Below are positions 13,101 through 26,100 of a stretch of 64,000 nucleotides of DNA, piece by piece. The first letter of the stretch is position 1; every line of letters starts with the position of its first letter. Position numbers and translations under genes: made by a program. Origin of the DNA: Takakia lepidozioides (Eukaryota > Plantae > Bryophyta). The notes beneath the pieces are model-generated. The model searched no databases. It had not been told where the DNA came from and worked only from the letters and a program-made list of their open reading frames with translations. The stretch covers positions 6,758,001 through 6,822,000 of the forward strand of contig CM060731.1 of assembly GCA_030704615.1 (NCBI GenBank), read 5' to 3'.

Positions 13101-14069
13101 GCACCCTTGCATCTTGTATTGGCAACATGGAGTCACAAGAATCTGATTCGCATGAGGAGTTGTCCCTTACACAACTACCAGACTTGTCATTCTGATTCTC
13201 TCAACCTTTGACATTACGACGACGTCCTCGAGACAACGGGTCTCCGGTGCGACGTACACTTCCTCGTCTAAACCCCGTATGACGGTAAGTGGAACTTACT
13301 CGATGTCTGATAATTTTGTTGGAGGTTGAGGTTTCAAATCCCGAGGGATAACGAGATTATGTTTGAGCTGACAGTTTTGAAGATGAGAATGCTCAAATCA
13401 CTGCGTGGTCTCGATTCCCAAGTTCATGGCATTGCAGGGACCTATGAATCATTGAGTTAAGAATGAAGAGTAGAATACTTGGCAAGTATCATTTGCCAAA
13501 TTTTGGACTTCCTTCAACTCTAAGCAAGTCCAAGATTTTACCGCTCCTCGAGAAACTCGCTAGAGGAGGGGTGATGTCATGGACATAGCCCAAAAACATC
13601 TAGCAAGAGCCTACAAACTTCTAGAAACTTCCAAAATATTTTAGAACCTTCCAGAACATTTCATCTAATATTCAAGTATTTCCCAGGACATTCTAAGAAC
13701 TTTTTGGAACCTTCTAAGAATCCGAACTATCTAGAGGGCTCCATGGCGGTGATGAAGCTTCTTATGAAACATCTCTTAACTAGAGAAGCTTATCAAGAAA
13801 CAACATTTGGTTGGAAAAACTTCCTAAGAAAGTTCCTAGATAGCTAGTATATATAGGAGGTGAGACTGGGAACTCCTCATTCTCCCCAACACAAGTCTTG
13901 CTCGGTACAAGTAGACTCTACGCTTGGTCTTGATCATGTATTTTCTTATTTTATAAAGTCCATCTTCATTCTTGTTTATGCATCGTGTCTTGCTCGGACC
14001 CCATTGATCTCATTGCCCAGTCTAGTCTTATTCATTGTATTCGAATCAGTTAATCATTTGTCCTTGACA
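10160..14069 (+). mobile_element. Degenerate family-2 gypsy copy (PR-RT-IN-chromo remnants, PPT, 3' LTR 13575-14069)
   Basis: YLDDILI, SDRGPQF and YEVDKI fragments. PPT agaggaggggtga precedes TGTCAT at 13575, and the LTR ends TGACA at 14069. Confidence 0.9.
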
Positions 14070-15525
14070 CTATGGAGCCTTCAGATTTCTAGAAGTTTCT
14101 GGAATGTTCTGGAAGGTTCTAGAGATTTTGGAAAATACTGGAAGTTTATGGATGGTTGTGGATTTTAACAGTTTTTAGAAGGTTCCTTGATTCTGCTAGA
14201 TGTTTGTGGGCTATGTCCGTGACCTCACCCCTCCTTGAGCGTCGAGGAGCGGTAACATTCTTGGACTTGCTTAGAGTTGAAGGAAATCCAAAATTCGACG
14301 AATGGTACTTGTCAAATATTATGTTATTTGATCTTGACTTAAATGATTCATAGGTCTACGCAACCAAGGATAGTGTCCAACACCATGAACTTGGGACCAC
14401 GCAGTGATTTGAACATTTTGACTTTTAAACTACATTCAAATATGCATGATTTTGTTGCCCTTAGGGTTTGAAGCCTCAACCTCCAACAATATTATCAGAC
14501 ATCGAGTATGTTCCATTTGCATTCGCACGGGATCTAGACGAGGAAATATGCATCGCATTGGAGATCCATCATTTTGAGGACGTCGTCGTGATATCGAAGG
14601 TTGTGAGAGTCAGTATGGCTGGTTTGGTAGTTGTGTAAACGACAGCTCTTATGAATTTAATTCTTGTGACTTCATGCTGCCAATGCAATACAAGATGCAA
14701 CGCTACTCGAAGTATAACTATAATGTGTGGTGTTCCTTATCTTTAACGTGTGTCAGGTGCACCGAATGTGAAGTCTTTATCTTGAAGCTAACTTTGCTGA
14801 CATCATAGTCATGATGCCTTATTAACATGTGGATTTTAGCTTATGTGGATGGTGTTGGTGAAACTCTTGAACTTTGTCAGGTGTATTGGTAAGATTAGAT
14901 GACGGTTCCCACGGTCGTTCACTAATATCATAACGTTTCTAGTATATAAGATAATTGGGGGGTCCACTCTTCATAGAAATATACCTATCACGTGCGTTCA
15001 TCACCTAATTAAAAATACCCCTGCATATAAGTTGTTTAATGATTTTAACGCATATCTATATTCTAAAAGACTCTAATGTACAGATATATAAACTTATAGT
15101 TACAAAATAAATTAATCTTTTTTATATATATATAATTTTTTCTACTATTAAAAAATACCATTATATGTAAATTATAATTATAATAGGGCAGGGATGGGAA
15201 TAGCGCAGACAAAAACGCAGAAAGGGATGGCGGTGACCCGCAAGGGATTTTAATTTTGACAAAAAAATTGTTGATTGAAGATTGAACCCACAACCTATTA
15301 CTTATCAATCACACTCCTTATCAATGTAAAAGGTCCTCAACTCTCGCATCAAACATGGACGGCTCGAGTATTTTATCCTGGGGATCCACTCACCCAATTT
15401 GTACCAGCCATGTGCGTGCACAGAAGGAGGATTTTTAAAACCCCTCCATATACATATTATACATACATGAAGAGATTTTCGCTCTTTTGTAAAATAAAAA
15501 TCTTTCATACAATAGATATATAAAT

Positions 15526-16370
15526 GCTTCTCATTGTTTGATAATTGGGACTTGAATGCGGGCACGTGTGGTTGTGGCGGGGCCCGCAGGTGGCACAGGG
15601 GGTCGCGCAGGGTGGGGCGACCCCTACCCGGCGGGTTTAGTCTGCTCGGGTGAGCCGCCCCGGGGCGCGCGCAGTGGAAGCGAGTCTGTTGGGCCCACAA
15701 AACACCTGAAGATATGTAAATAAATAAATAATTATTTCAGGGGTTTGCAGAAAGCAGCGGCTAGTGTGATGGTAAAGAGCAACTTGTGACGAACATGAGG
15801 TTTGCTGTTCAAGTCCTGGCATATGACATTGTGATGGTAATGTGTGTTAATTATAAATGTATATTTTGTTTGAGGAGGGTCTGAAGGATGGAGTTAGGTG
15901 CTCACCAGTTGGAGTCCGTCGTCAGTCAGTAAGCTCGTCAATCGCCAGTCTGCTAGTGAATCCGCTCGCTAGTCTGTCGAACTGAGTCAGTCCGCTCGCC
16001 AATCGTCTGTCTGCTGGTCAGACCACTCGTCAATCGCCAGTATGCTGGTCAGTCCGTTCGTCAATCACCAGTCTGCTAGTCAGTCCCGCTCGCCAATCGT
16101 CAGTCCGCTCGCCAGTCCGCCGGTCTGTCCGCTCGCCACTCGCCACTTGCTCGCCAGTCTGCTGGTCAGTCCGCTCACCAGTTGGAGTCAGTCTGTTGAG
16201 GGTTTGGCCAGTCCGCTAGAAGGTCCGCCGCCGTTAAAGAACTAGGACTTAGAAAAAATTCAGAATCTAGACCCGGTGAAAGGGGGGTGGGTTCATGAGC
16301 TCACCCCATGGGCCGTACTGGCGGGGCCCATAGGTGCATTCAAGACCCAATTATTAAAAAAATGAGAGGC
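15526..16370. mobile_element. Non-autonomous Mutator-like element (845 bp)
   Basis: Imperfect ~34-bp TIRs (gcttctcattgtttgataattgggacttgaatgc / gcattcaagacccaattattaaaaaaatgagaggc) and an exact 9-bp TSD TATATAAAT (15517-15525 and 16371-16379). Confidence 0.85.
15905..16230 (+). repeat. Degenerate minisatellite (cagtccgctcgcca / cagtctgctg units)
   Basis: Repeated gtcagtccgctcgcc-like units inside the Mutator-like element. Confidence 0.8.
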
Positions 16371-16421
16371 TATATAAATACTGCAAGAGATTTGACTTCA
16401 TGATTGACTTCGACTAGTGGG

Positions 16422-17618
16422 TGTCACGGACATAGACCAGATGAACTTACCAAGAGCAATTACCAGAAGTTATCAAGTTATCAAAAGTTACCATGATTTA
16501 TCATGATTTACCATGAATTACCGAGATACCATAAGTTATCAAATTACTGAGAATAACACAAGAAACTGCTCAAGAAGCTTCCTTGGTTGAGAAAGCTTCT
16601 CAGGAGACTTCCATTGGCTGGGGAAGCTTTTCACTACAACAGATTGCGGTAGTTATGACTGCCAAACCGTGGTAGTCATGGTTTTCTTGACTTTGACCAT
16701 GACTGTACCATGTTTTTATATGAAATTGACATCCTGCAGTCGTTCATACAACTGTAGTCATATAAACGACTATCTAAGTAGTCGTCTGTATGACTACAAG
16801 GATCCGGAATGGACAGAAGGCTGGTCAACGGCAATTAACCAGATTTAGCTCACCATTCATAGTTATTTCCATGACTACAGTGTACATGGATGAGGTTACA
16901 TAGTCATGATGACTAGTGGGGATTTTGTAATTTGGTGTGTATAATACAATTAAAACACCAAATGATCACATGAATAACTAATGGGTGTATTGGTTAGCAG
17001 GTAGTGAACTATAACTCTTATAGTAAAGAGGTTGCAGGTTCAAACTCTTCTAAGTACAATCAAATGGATAAGATGGCCCTAGGGTTAATAGGCGAGCTAG
17101 GGACGTGGTACCCTAGATGGACTGTCACGTGGTTTTTTCATTATTATAAATGCATTATGCCACGTGGCACAATGCGGTGCGACGCGGCGTCTCACATAGT
17201 TTTTTAATTTAATTTAATTTGTTTTAATCAATTGCGTCTCGCCACGTGATGCGGCAGTGGCGACTACAGTATGGTATATATGACTGCAGTGAGAGATATC
17301 ACTTGGTTTATCTGACTGTAGTCATCCGGACCGTACCATCATGTACTCATTGTATTCACTTGGTTTGCACGACTTACAGTCATAGAAGTCATATGTACCG
17401 TTTATGACTGTAGAATAGTCATATATATACAGTCATAAATACCGCGATCTGTTGTAGTGTTTCATGAGACTTCCTTTTGTTGAGGAAGCTTCTTAGGAGA
17501 CTTCCTCTGGTTGAGGAAGTTTCTCAAGAGACTTCTCTTGGTTGGGGAAGCTTCTTATGAAACTTCCTAGTAGCTAGTATATATAGGAGGCGAGACTGGA
17601 CACTCCTCAGTCTTGCCA
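16422..17618 (+). repeat. U3 half of a family-2-related LTR, interrupted by a CACTA element
   Basis: Starts TGTCACGGACATAG, has gaagcttc/ggttg repeats and a TATA near 17578, and ends at ctcagtcttgccaa. Confidence 0.8.
16632..17459. mobile_element. Non-autonomous CACTA element (828 bp)
   Basis: TIRs CACTACAACAGA / TCTGTTGTAGTG, 3-bp TSD TTT, and many subterminal tgactgtagtca-like repeats. Confidence 0.92.
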
Positions 17619-20310
17619 AATGTCAGTACACTAAGCGAATTCATCACCCAAGTCATCGCGTGCGACAATCGTTTGTTCGAAAGACGTCAAGAAAGGCGAT
17701 CCGGATGGTCGACGACACATCATGTCGCTACTACTACGACACCAAATACCACGATCCATCAGACATCCGGTAGTGATCTTATGCAAATTGATGTTGTTCG
17801 ATTCAAGCCATTGACGCAACAAAAAAAACAAAGACGGCGCTTGAATGACTATGTCTCTATTACGGAGAAAAATATTACACAGCACTAAACTGCCCCAACA
17901 AGAGAAAATTCAAAGCTCGGGGCACAACTTCAGTGTTGGGTACGGCGAAGTCGGAAAATGAAGATGTCCAGTCACAGTAGGGACCATGCGACTGGATACC
18001 ACCAATTCCTCACTTGAAAAATGTCTTTTACTACCTCTAGACCATACACCTTGCTACACAATTCCTATAAAAATCAGAGCGCAAAATCAAGACATCTCCA
18101 TAGAAGCACGTTGGATTCAAAGGCTTCAACTTGTTTTATTGATAAAGACTTTGCGAAGCAAGACAATCTAATGTTTATAAAGCAGAAAAAAATTTCGGCT
18201 CCTGTTGAAGTCATCGAGGGACGACCACTAGCATCAGGGAACGTTGACCATGAAACTCGACCCCTCGAAGTAAAACTCGAAGATCAGGTATCGTAAATTG
18301 ATTTCAACGTCATCCAATCTCCTCCGAACCCTGTGATCCTTGGGCTCCCCTGGTTTGTGCTACACAACCCTGACATCGACTGACGATTGTGAAAAAAAAT
18401 TGTGAGACGAAAATGTAAGAACACCAAGGATGATTTTTCTTGATTTCTTGGAGCTATGGCCTTCATGAGAACAACAAAGAAGGACACGACATTTGCGATT
18501 TATGCGATTCCGATCAACACAACAACAGACCAAGGTACTTCAACATTACTCATTTAATATCAAGATTTCAAGGATGTCTTCGAGAAGAAAAATGTAGACA
18601 TGTTGTCGGAACATCGACCTTATGATTGTGCAATCGAGTTGCAAGAAGGAGCCCAACCACCATTCGGGTCAATTTCTAAATATTTATCTTAGACAGAGTC
18701 GGCTGCTTTACGTGAATACATTGATGAGAATTTGTCAAAAATTTCATCCGACATTCAAAATCACCCGCGGGAGCGCCTATCTTATTTGTGAAGAAAAAGG
18801 ACGGGTCGTCACGCATGTGCGTAGTTTATCGATGACTCAACAAAGTCACTATAAAAAATCTTTACCCGTTACTGCTGATTTCCGGACTTCTCGAACAACT
18901 TGGACGAACAAAATTATTTACAAAGATCGACTTGAGAGGAGCTTACAACCTTGTACGAATAAGGAGATAAATGGAAGACTGTTTTTCACACAATGTATGT
19001 GCATTTCAAATATAGTGTTATGCCTTTATGCTCTAGCGATTTTCCAGCATATGGCGAATGACATCTTTCGAGCATTTTTAGATGACTTTATAGTCATCTA
19101 TTTGGATGATATCTTGATATTTTCACAAGACGAAGATGACCATGACAACCATGTACGTTTGGTCCTTGATAAGCTATGAGAAAAAAGATTATATGCCAAA
19201 TTGGAGAAACGTTTTTTCCATCAACCCGAGGTGGAGTTTTGGGGCTACATTATTTCCGACAAGGGAGTTTCGATGGATCAAAAGAAAATACAAACCTTTG
19301 TCGAATGGAATAAGTCGGCATAAGTTCGAGACGTGCAATGTTTTTTGGGAATGGAGTATGTCACTAGCAAGGTTTGATTTTCTTATTACCTACTGCCCCG
19401 GACATCTTCAGGGAAAACCAGATTTTTTTTCGACGATCGTATCTGGCGCCATAAGAAGGGAATGCAACTTTCGACCAATAGAAATCCATCATCTTGAAAC
19501 CAACAAACCTCCAATTGAATACGTTATCCATGTATGTGTTAGAGCAAAAGACCACAACACTGACCTTACAGCCTTTTTCAACCGTTACCCATTCCCAAAG
19601 GTCCATGGTTATCTTTATCATTGGATTTCAGTACGGACTTTACAATCTCTAATGCAAACGATTCAATCATTGTTGATGTGGATCGCTTAACTAAAATAAT
19701 GTCATTTCATTCCATGTAAGACGACTATTACAGGTGAAAAAACTGATCATTAACAACATCTATTGTCTTCATGGACTCCCAAATGATATTGTATCTGATC
19801 GAGGACCACAATTCATATCAAACTTTTGAAGGAGATTATTGCATATATTAAATACAAAGATTAACATCTTTACAACAAATCATCCACAAACTGACGGCCA
19901 AACTGAAAGCATAAATCAAATTTTGGAGCAGTATCTTCGCTGCATAACAAATTATCAACAAGATAATTGGACAGACCTCTTGCAATTGACCGAATTTGCC
20001 TACAACAACATCATACATTCATCAACCAAAGAGACTCCCATTTTTCTCCAATTATGGTCATCATCTTCGAGCAGACCTTCTCCACATGAAGAATGTTGGA
20101 AGCTTTGCTGTAGAAGACCTCGTCACTCATCTTGTTACCATTCAAAAGGAGCTTACGTTCCAACTAGCAGAATGTCAAAATCAATATAAGAAGTATGCAG
20201 ATCGACATCGAAAACTTCAACCCAAATTCAAGGTCGAAGATCCTTTATGGCTCCTTCGACAGAACATACAAATCACGAGACCATCAAGGAAGTTGGATTA
20301 TAAACGCCTA
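17613..20310 (+). mobile_element. Degenerate family-2 gag-pol, resuming at 36159-36312 after the hAT insertion
   Basis: Fragments MQIDVVRF, YLDDILI, HPQTDGQTE and SRKLDYKRL. Sequence at 36159 (ctatgactattcaaaatt) continues the same region, as seen in the minus copy at 37260-37300. Confidence 0.88.
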
Positions 20311-20356
20311 GTAGTCGTAAGATGAAATGGTTCTTAGTTACACCGGCTTTAGTTGG

Positions 20357-20391
<35 letters not shown>

Positions 20392-20699
20392 CTCTCTCTA
20401 TTAACGCCATAGTTGCAAATTTGGACGTGACGTGGCGTTGACGCGTCAGCGTCACGTCCGACGTTAGCGACGGACGTGCGTCACGTCACGTCCTAAACCG
20501 ACGTTACTATACATAAATATCTTTATTTTTTTACTTTACTATTTATTATTTACTATGAGAACCGACGTGGCAACCGATGTGGCCTCATTACGTGGTCTTC
20601 ATTAATTATCTGTAAAATTTATATATTATGATTTATATTGTCAATCATGCGACCGTCAACAAAGGTTGGTCGGACAAATTTTATTTATTTATAAATAGG

Positions 20700-21120
20700 T
20701 GCGACCACCAGAAGGGGGTGGTCGCACATTTTTTCTTATTTTTTAAATGGGTGCGACCACCAGCAGGTGTTGGTCGCAGCATTTTCATTTTTTTTAATAG
20801 GTGCGACCACCACCAGGTGTTGGTCGCAATTTTTTCTTTTTTTTAAAATAGGTGCGACCACCAGCAGGTGGTGATCGCAACTTTTTCATTTTTTTTAAAT
20901 AGGTGCGATCACCAGCAGATGATGGTCGCACATTTTTAATTATTTTTTAAATGGGTGCAACCACCAGCAGGGGATGGTCGCACATTTTTAATTATTTTTT
21001 AAATGGGTGCGACCACCAGTAGGGGATGGTCGCACATTTTTAATTATTTTTTAAATGGGTGCGACCACCAGCCGGTGGTGGTCGCAGACTTTTTTTTTTT
21101 TGTTATTAGGTGCGACCGCT
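20700..21120. repeat. Palindrome array 1: TGCGACCACC-N7-GGTGGTCGCA, 8 full units plus a half unit
   Basis: Units start at 20700, 20752, 20802, 20853, 20904, 20956, 21008, 21060 and 21111 (half), with T-rich spacers. Confidence 0.95.
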
Positions 21121-21186
21121 CCCTTGACACGTGGCGAGGCGTGAATGGGCAGCAGATGCGGTCGCACGTCAGGCCTCTCCAGGCAG

Positions 21187-21193
21187 TATATAA
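21187..21193 (+). promoter_or_regulatory. Putative TATA box of the kinase gene
   Basis: TATATAA just after array 1, followed by a plausible 5' UTR intron (21388-21470, gtaagg...ccgtag) and the ATG at 21483. Confidence 0.6.
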
Positions 21194-21482
21194 GGGCCTA
21201 CCCCTCATTCCCAACCCACTTTTTTCCCTCTCTGAGAGTGCGGTTCTGGGGCTTCTTGGAGTTTGAACTTCGGTGGCTAGGACTGAGCGTGGGGGGGAGG
21301 AGAAAGTGGATTTGTGTGGGAGACGAGTTTCTGCCTTTTTTCCTGGGACTACAGGAGAGTTTGCTTTGGGTACTATACCAATAGAGGGTAAGGAAATTGG
21401 TCTGCTAGTATATAAGGTTATCAATAGTTTGGGTTTAGTTTTCCGTCACGAAGCCGTGTCTATTCCGTAGAGTACTTTCATC

Positions 21483-22979
21483 ATGTCCGGAAACGTTGCT
21501 TCGAACGCAGTGTCAGGGGGTTCCTCGGGAAGTGGGCATAAAGGTAGGAAGCGTAAACATGCACATGAACGAGATAGTCAGGTCAACAAAAAAGACTATC
21601 CAAGCGCAGAGGCCGCGAAGGTGGTGAAGCAAGTAGTGCTGGATTATTTGAAGGACAATGACATAATGCGTTTGAATCTTTTGTATGTCCGACATGGGAA
21701 TGAGGGGTTCCTTAGATTCCAGCACAATATGAAGATGAGAATGAGGGAGGCTTTGGCCGGGGATGAATGGGAGGAGGACATGGCGAAGTTCCAGTTCACG
21801 AAATGGATGGAGGACCGGGCCCATGATGCCACATGGAATCTGAGGCAAACCATAGACAAGTTTGTTACGAGAACACCTGTAGCTGAACTTCAGAGGAGGA
21901 GTTGTTTGTGCTTGTGGATTGGTGGACTGACATGGCAAAGGCCCACGCCAAATGACGTACAAAACCACTCCCAGAGAAGGCAGGGTCCTCGTCCATGGAT
22001 GCGGCATTGAACGTGAGATACATATCCACAAACGCACAGGTACAACAACTCGACGCGCCCAAACAGGGAGGGTATGGTACAATTCGGAGGGTTAGAATTG
22101 TTGGGGATCATTCATTCCTCCATCTTGGGAGCTAGCAAGGAAAACGCCCAGGGAAACAAATGTTGAGCTTGCCAAAGTCTAACATAACAATGAGGCGTTG
22201 GCTGTAAAGTTCCATCATTTCGGCATCATAAAGTATTTTGCGTTGCATCCACGTCGAAATGAAGGTTACACACATTAGTAGAATGGGGGGACCATACGAT
22301 CATGGTTGAGTATTGACAGGAAATGGGGGAATGATCGGGATAATAGGGAGTTAATGGAACGACGGGGGACGGAGCAGGAAATGCAGGAGATCAACCGACT
22401 GGTTCGATTCCGACAGAATCGCATCCAATTGGCATGGGCGCTTTTGCACATCATGCTCAACGTCCATAATCACCACCTCTTGCACAACGACATGTCCCCC
22501 GACAACATCTTGTTGCATTTTCTACAATGGTCTGAAGATGTGTACATCGGGGTATGTGATTAGGGGATGGCCTCCACGACGGATGACCCAAAAACCACGT
22601 TGTACATTTTCGAGAGCAGAGACAAGATGATAAAGACTCTCGCACATAGATGGTGGATTGCACCTGAAATTGCAAATTGTTCATAATGTAGCCAACAATC
22701 AGTCAGATGGCACACCTCGTAGGCCCCCTCTAACCGTGCCAATCAGAGACCTTTGCAATTGGAAAGATAGCCCAGACAATAAATGGGGGTAACACGTTCG
22801 ATGCAAGTCTGTTCAACGATATGTCTACTGGAACCTGTTTTGCTTCCGCTCTGGAAAAATTGTGTGTAGACACAGTAGAGTTGCGGTACAAACTATAAAA
22901 TGTTGTGAAGCGTTTCATGACGGGGCTATTCAATTGGCCTGAGCCCAAAAATTGCTGGAGGATGGATAGAAACTTGTAG
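21483..22979 (+). pseudogene. Transposon-borne protein kinase with an N-terminal extension carrying an NLS-like KGRKRKH; disrupted
   Basis: Gly-loop QGGYGTIRRVR (~22065), catalytic loop HNDMSPDNILL, VCD*G (DFG position), WWIAPE and SETFAIG occur in kinase order. Several stops and frameshifts. Confidence 0.85.
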
Positions 22980-23148
22980 ACCTCTGACTGTACTTCATGT
23001 TTGAATAAATGTTATTTTCAATTGTGTTTGTCTCGTACCATAATGTTTTAATGGTTTGTTACTTGGCCATGGCACCTAGGTCCATCATATGGGATAATCA
23101 AGCACCACACCCACGAATCTTGAAGAGTGACAATGTACACCGGGTCAA

Positions 23149-26100
23149 TGGGTGAACCAATCATTCCCCTGCCAAATGATTTTAGATTGATTTGAAACTT
23201 TGAGAGTGTGTTGTACATGCCCTCTTTAAGTTACTTGACAAGTATGAGGTCAATCTAAAATGGTTCTAAGGGTGAACCAATAGTTCCCATATTAAATGAT
23301 TCATGATTGAAAATTGGTTGAAAAGTTTAACGAGTCGTTCAGGGGGCAAATGATTATTTCTTCGCTTGCAACTCTGTGTACGTGATTTGTACGTACTTAA
23401 GCACATATGGACCAAAGTTGAACTACAACAAAGTTGTTTGAATTGGTTATTCAAATTCATAAGGAGAAACAACCTTTCGCTTGCACATGAATTGTTTTTA
23501 ATTCCATTTTGAAGTCGTATGCTTGATAACAACATGAAGAGTTGCATGCAAAATATCACCATAAACAGACATCGTTTGCATCCAAAACACATTTTATTCC
23601 CTCATTTGCACTCCAAGGTGAAATTATCTTCAACTACGTGCACTCTTCATAGAAAGTTCTGTAATAGTGAGCATAGAGCAAAGGATGAACGTTTTTTTCC
23701 AAACATTTTTCCTTGGTACATTTTTTGGCAAGGATGTGGTGGTGTGAGGGTTCAACTCACAGAACAAAATCAAGCCAAAAACAAAATCATTGCGCCCCAC
23801 ACTCATTGCGCCCCACAATCCTATGCCCTCTAAATCATTTTATTTAGTAAAAATGCAGTTCAATTCAAAATTGGATGAAAGGGTGAACGGAAACTTCCCC
23901 GATGAAATGATATTTTATTGCTCCGAAACTAGCAAGTGTCTTCTACATGCCCTCTTACACGTCTTTGAGAAGTATGACATCAATCTAAAATGGTTTAAAG
24001 GGTGAACCAATCGTCCCCCTACCAAATGATTTTAAATTGATTTGAAACTTTGCAAGTGTCTTGTATATGCCCTCTTACAGGTCTTTCACAAGTTTCAAAT
24101 CAATCTAAAATGGTTAAAAAGGTGGATCAATCATGAACATATCAAATGATTTTGGAGTGCTTTAAAGCTTTGCAAGTGTCTTTCACATGCCATTTTAAAG
24201 GTACCGGACAAGTATGAGGTTAGTAAAATATGGTTAAAAGGGTGAACCAATTGTTCCCCTATCAAATGATTTTACATTGCTTTGAAGCTTTGCAAGTGTC
24301 AGCCACGTGCCCTCCTACAAGTACCGGACAAGTATGACGTGAATAAAAAATGGTTGAAAGGGTGAACCAATCATTCCGCTATCAAATGATTTTATATTGC
24401 TTTGGATGTCATTGCTTTGGTAATTCTAGCCCCCCAATGGCCCATTGTAACCCTTGAATTACAATTCAAAATGCAATTCAAGCCCTTCAAATTGGTAATG
24501 TCAGTCCCTAAAATGACCAACCCCGGCCGCCCCTCAAATTGTAATTTGAGCCCTTGAAATTGTCAATTCAACCCCTCAAATTGCAATTGAAGCCCCTGAA
24601 ATTTAATTCCAACCCCTCAAATTGCATTTCTAGCCCCTGAAATGACAATTCCCGCCCCTCAAATTGCAACTGTAGTCGTGAAATGGCAATTGCTAGTGCA
24701 GCCCCTGAGATTGGCAATTGAAGCCCCTGGAATGGCAGTTTCAGCCCCTTACATTGCAAGTCCAGCCCCTCAAATTGGCAATTCGAGCCTCATAAATGAC
24801 AATTTCAGCCCCTGAAATTGGCTATGGGTGAACTAATCATTCCCTACAAAATTATTTTGGATTCATTTGAAACTTTGCGAGTGGCTTGTACATGCCCTCT
24901 TAAAGTTACTAGACAAGTGTCAATGTTAAATGGTTCAAAGGGTGAACCAAGAGTTCCCCTGTTGGATGATTCATGATTAATCGTTAACGATTGATCTCAT
25001 ATTACACTGGGACCTATCAGAGGGTACATTGAACACACTGGCCAAGTCTCAAAACGAACAAAAAATCATTTGGATGGGCAACCATCCGTCGGCTCATTGA
25101 ACGAATTTCGATTGATCTCATATTACTCTGGGGCCTCTTCCATGGCACATTGAAGATACTGGCCAAGTCTCAAAGCGAACCAAATCATCTCGATGGACAA
25201 TCATCCGTTGAGCCATCGAATGAATTTCGATTGATCTGATATTAGTCCGGGACCTGTGAGATGGCGTCTCCAACGTACTGGCAAAGTTTGGAAGCAAACA
25301 AAAATGATTTGGATGGGCAACCATGCGTTCACCCATTGAATGTATTCCACTGGATCTATTATTGCTTTGGGACCTGTTTGGACTGTGTTTCGCGTGCTCA
25401 CGATTTTTATTTTTTTTGGTTTTTGAATGGGGCGTGTAATGTAGCCATATGCAACGTGCGTGCCAAATTTGGGACCGATCATAATTCATTTGGACCCAAA
25501 ACCACAGTTTCTTCCCTGTTTTACACTCCAAACTTGATTTGTATTCAACTTCATGCACTCTTCATATAAAGTTCTGCAATAGTGAGCGAAGAAAACACTT
25601 TTTTTTTGGAACATTTTTGATTGGTCCAAATTTTGGCGGGGGAGTAGTGGTGGGATGTTGGAAGCCGCAGAACAAAATTGTGCCAAAAACAAAATCGATA
25701 CGTGCTAGAAACCCCCAATGAAAAGCAGTGCAAACCTATTTATTGGCTTAAAATTAATTTAAATTCAATTACATTATGGAATGGCTTGGTGTCGATGGGG
25801 AGGCAAATGATTCATTCGTCTGTTGTGTCTCCGCACATGTGTCGCACACATGTTCAAGCACATGCGGACAAAAGAGGGGCTTCAACCACATCCGTTCAAT
25901 GGGTGCAATAGTCGTGCACGAAGTGCATGATTTCTTTTTCGCAATGAACAAAAACCAGATGACAACTGAACGCCTCATTGGCCCATCGAACGAATTTCGA
26001 TTGATCTCATATTACATTGGGACCTATCAGAGGGTACATTGAACATACTGGCCAAGTCTCAAAATGAACAAAAAATCATTTGGATGGGCAACCATCTGTC

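Larger units (their letters stand above)
14070..16421 (-). mobile_element. 3' portion of another family-2 copy (chromodomain remnant, 3' region, partial LTR), interrupted by DNA elements
   Basis: 14225-14945 is the reverse complement of the 12900-13570-type region. The PPT complement tcacccctcct is at about 14225. 16389-16421 encodes PLVEVNHEVK on the minus strand. Confidence 0.8.

Noticed and set aside
14946-15516. Separate TIR element left of the Mutator-like element
   Set aside because: Only a short ctcttcat/atgaagag inverted match and no clear TSD, so boundaries cannot be supported.
20700-21120. CRISPR array (regularly interspaced palindromic repeats; also 30717-31640 and 35241-35952)
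   Set aside because: Spacers are low-complexity poly-T/A and similar to each other, no cas genes are present, and the context is a eukaryotic transposon.
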